Virus record (IMG/VR): IMGVR_UViG_3300021088_000015
Span: 1 to 53,462 of that record
Length of the DNA: 53,462 nt
Source: a virus
Lineage: Duplodnaviria > Caudoviricetes
Reading direction: 5' to 3' (one strand)
In this document: positions 52,561-53,462 of the stretch, piece by piece
How the letters are laid out: each line of letters begins with the position of its first letter
Position numbering within the stretch: the first letter of the stretch is position 1
Made by a program: the position numbers and the translations under genes
Notes under the pieces: model-generated
Told to the model about the DNA's origin: nothing
Database searches by the model: none
Seen by the model: the letters and a program-made list of their open reading frames with translations, nothing else

Positions 52561-52986
52561 TCAGGCCCCCAGGATTTCCAGGTTGGCGGGCTTACGGCCG
52601 ACGACGAGGTCGTGGGGGATGGCCATGACCAGGCCGGCCCCGGCGGCGCTGACCTTGATGTAGGCGTTCGGGTCGGCGATCATCGAGGTGAGCACCTCGA
52701 TGCCGGTGGTGTAGCCCGCGTTGGCCTGGACGACCGTGTTCGCCGCGGTCTGTGGCACCTTGGTCCAGGCGTGCGTCCCGTTGGTGTCGGCGCGCTGGTA
52801 GTAGTGGTTGATCACGGCGCCCGGGGACACGTACGCGCCGGCGAAGGTGGGGGACACGGTCACCGTGAACGTGTCCGCGCCCGTGCAGATGAACAGGACC
52901 GCGGACGCGCCCCTGAACTTGAGCGCCTGCCCGGCCGCGATGGGGATCGCGTCGAGGAAACGGCCTAGGGCCTCTGTGCCTGCCAT
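52561..52986 (-). CDS. Virion structural protein (decoration-like)
   Basis: GGAGG RBS; directly after capsid. Confidence 0.65.
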   Translation of the reverse strand: MAGTEALGRFLDAIPIAAGQALKFRGASAVLFICTGADTFTVTVSPTFAGAYVSPGAVINHYYQRADTNGTHAWTKVPQTAANTVVQANAGYTTGIEVLTSMIADPNAYIKVSAAGAGLVMAIPHDLVVGRKPANLEILGA

Positions 52987-53062
52987 GTGCTACCTCCGTG
53001 CGACTTGGGGTCCTTCGCGGGGCGTCACTGCCGCTGGCTCACCGGGTGGCGAGCTGGATGAA

Positions 53063-53462
53063 TCAGCGCGATGCGAGCTGGACGACGGGCGAGAGGGTCG
53101 GCCCGCCGTTCTTCGGCGTGATCGCGGACTGCAACCACGGCTTGCCGTCGACCCTTTCAATGACCCGGTACGCTGTCTTGTCCAGCGCGAACTTGTAGTG
53201 CTCGGAGCTGGACGTCTGCATGGCCATGCGGTCGCCGACCAAGTAGTAGCTGAGGTCGACGAACGAGATGTCGCCCGTGGTGCCCAGCGGGCCCGTCTTT
53301 TCGGTGAAGTAGAGGGGCCTTCCGAGAATGGACACGGGCGGGGAGTCCATTCCGCCGTTACCGCCCGCGAAATTGCCGATCCAGACCGGGCCACCGCCCG
53401 TACCGACGGACAGGGCCATGGTCGCGAGCTGCGGGAACGTGTCGATGGACGCGATCCAGCAC
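53063..53462 (-). CDS. Major capsid protein (3' part)
   Basis: ILGRPLYFTE, GDISFVDLSYYLVGDR, YRVIERVDG, SPVVQL. Confidence 0.9.
   Translation of the reverse strand, partial: CWIASIDTFPQLATMALSVGTGGGPVWIGNFAGGNGGMDSPPVSILGRPLYFTEKTGPLGTTGDISFVDLSYYLVGDRMAMQTSSSEHYKFALDKTAYRVIERVDGKPWLQSAITPKNGGPTLSPVVQLASR
53326..53462 (+). repeat. Terminal direct repeat, right copy
   Basis: Matches 1-137. Confidence 0.95.

Larger units (their letters stand above)
1..53462. mobile_element. Complete temperate actinophage genome (circularly permuted, siphovirus-like)
   Basis: Full head, tail, lysis, replication, immunity and integration gene sets; terminal 137-bp overlap; no host housekeeping genes. Confidence 0.93.

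Noticed and set aside
53326-53462. 137-bp terminal repeat as a biological terminal repeat
   Set aside because: It falls mid-capsid gene and its length is typical of assembler overlap, so it indicates circularity only

Overview
The window is an apparently complete, circularly permuted genome of a high-GC temperate actinophage with siphovirus-type organisation. Bases 1-137 repeat at 53326-53462 with one synonymous mismatch, giving about 53,325 unique bp, and the major capsid gene is split across that junction. On the minus strand are the packaging/head/tail/lysis genes (TerS, TerL, portal, ClpP-type protease, HK97-like capsid, two tail-tube paralogues, frameshifted tail chaperone, tape measure, DUF1906 endolysin) and a long early operon (Xis/Cro-like HTH, HNH, RecE-like nuclease plus annealing protein, DnaQ-like exonuclease, WhiB, HTH replication initiator with an internal origin, Arr-like ADP-ribosyltransferase). 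The centre holds an XRE repressor, an XRE-DUF5753/DUF397/methyltransferase cassette and a large serine integrase. The most striking feature is a Streptomyces-type conjugation module at about 29.4-33.8 kb inside this intact phage: two KorSA/TraR-like GntR regulators, Spd-like membrane proteins, an FtsK-family TraB-like translocase and a CTAG-rich clt-like repeat directly after it. This suggests a phage that may also spread by TraB-mediated DNA transfer between hyphae. Other highlights are two virion-region genes that appear to start at ATT/ATC (one nested out of frame and missing from the ORF track), an SOS-box-controlled gene, an Acb2/Tad1-like protein and a papain-like protein among the head genes. 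Family assignments come from motif recognition by eye, with no database searches. I saw no tRNA, rRNA or CRISPR array. A filamentous actinomycete host is inferred from gene content.
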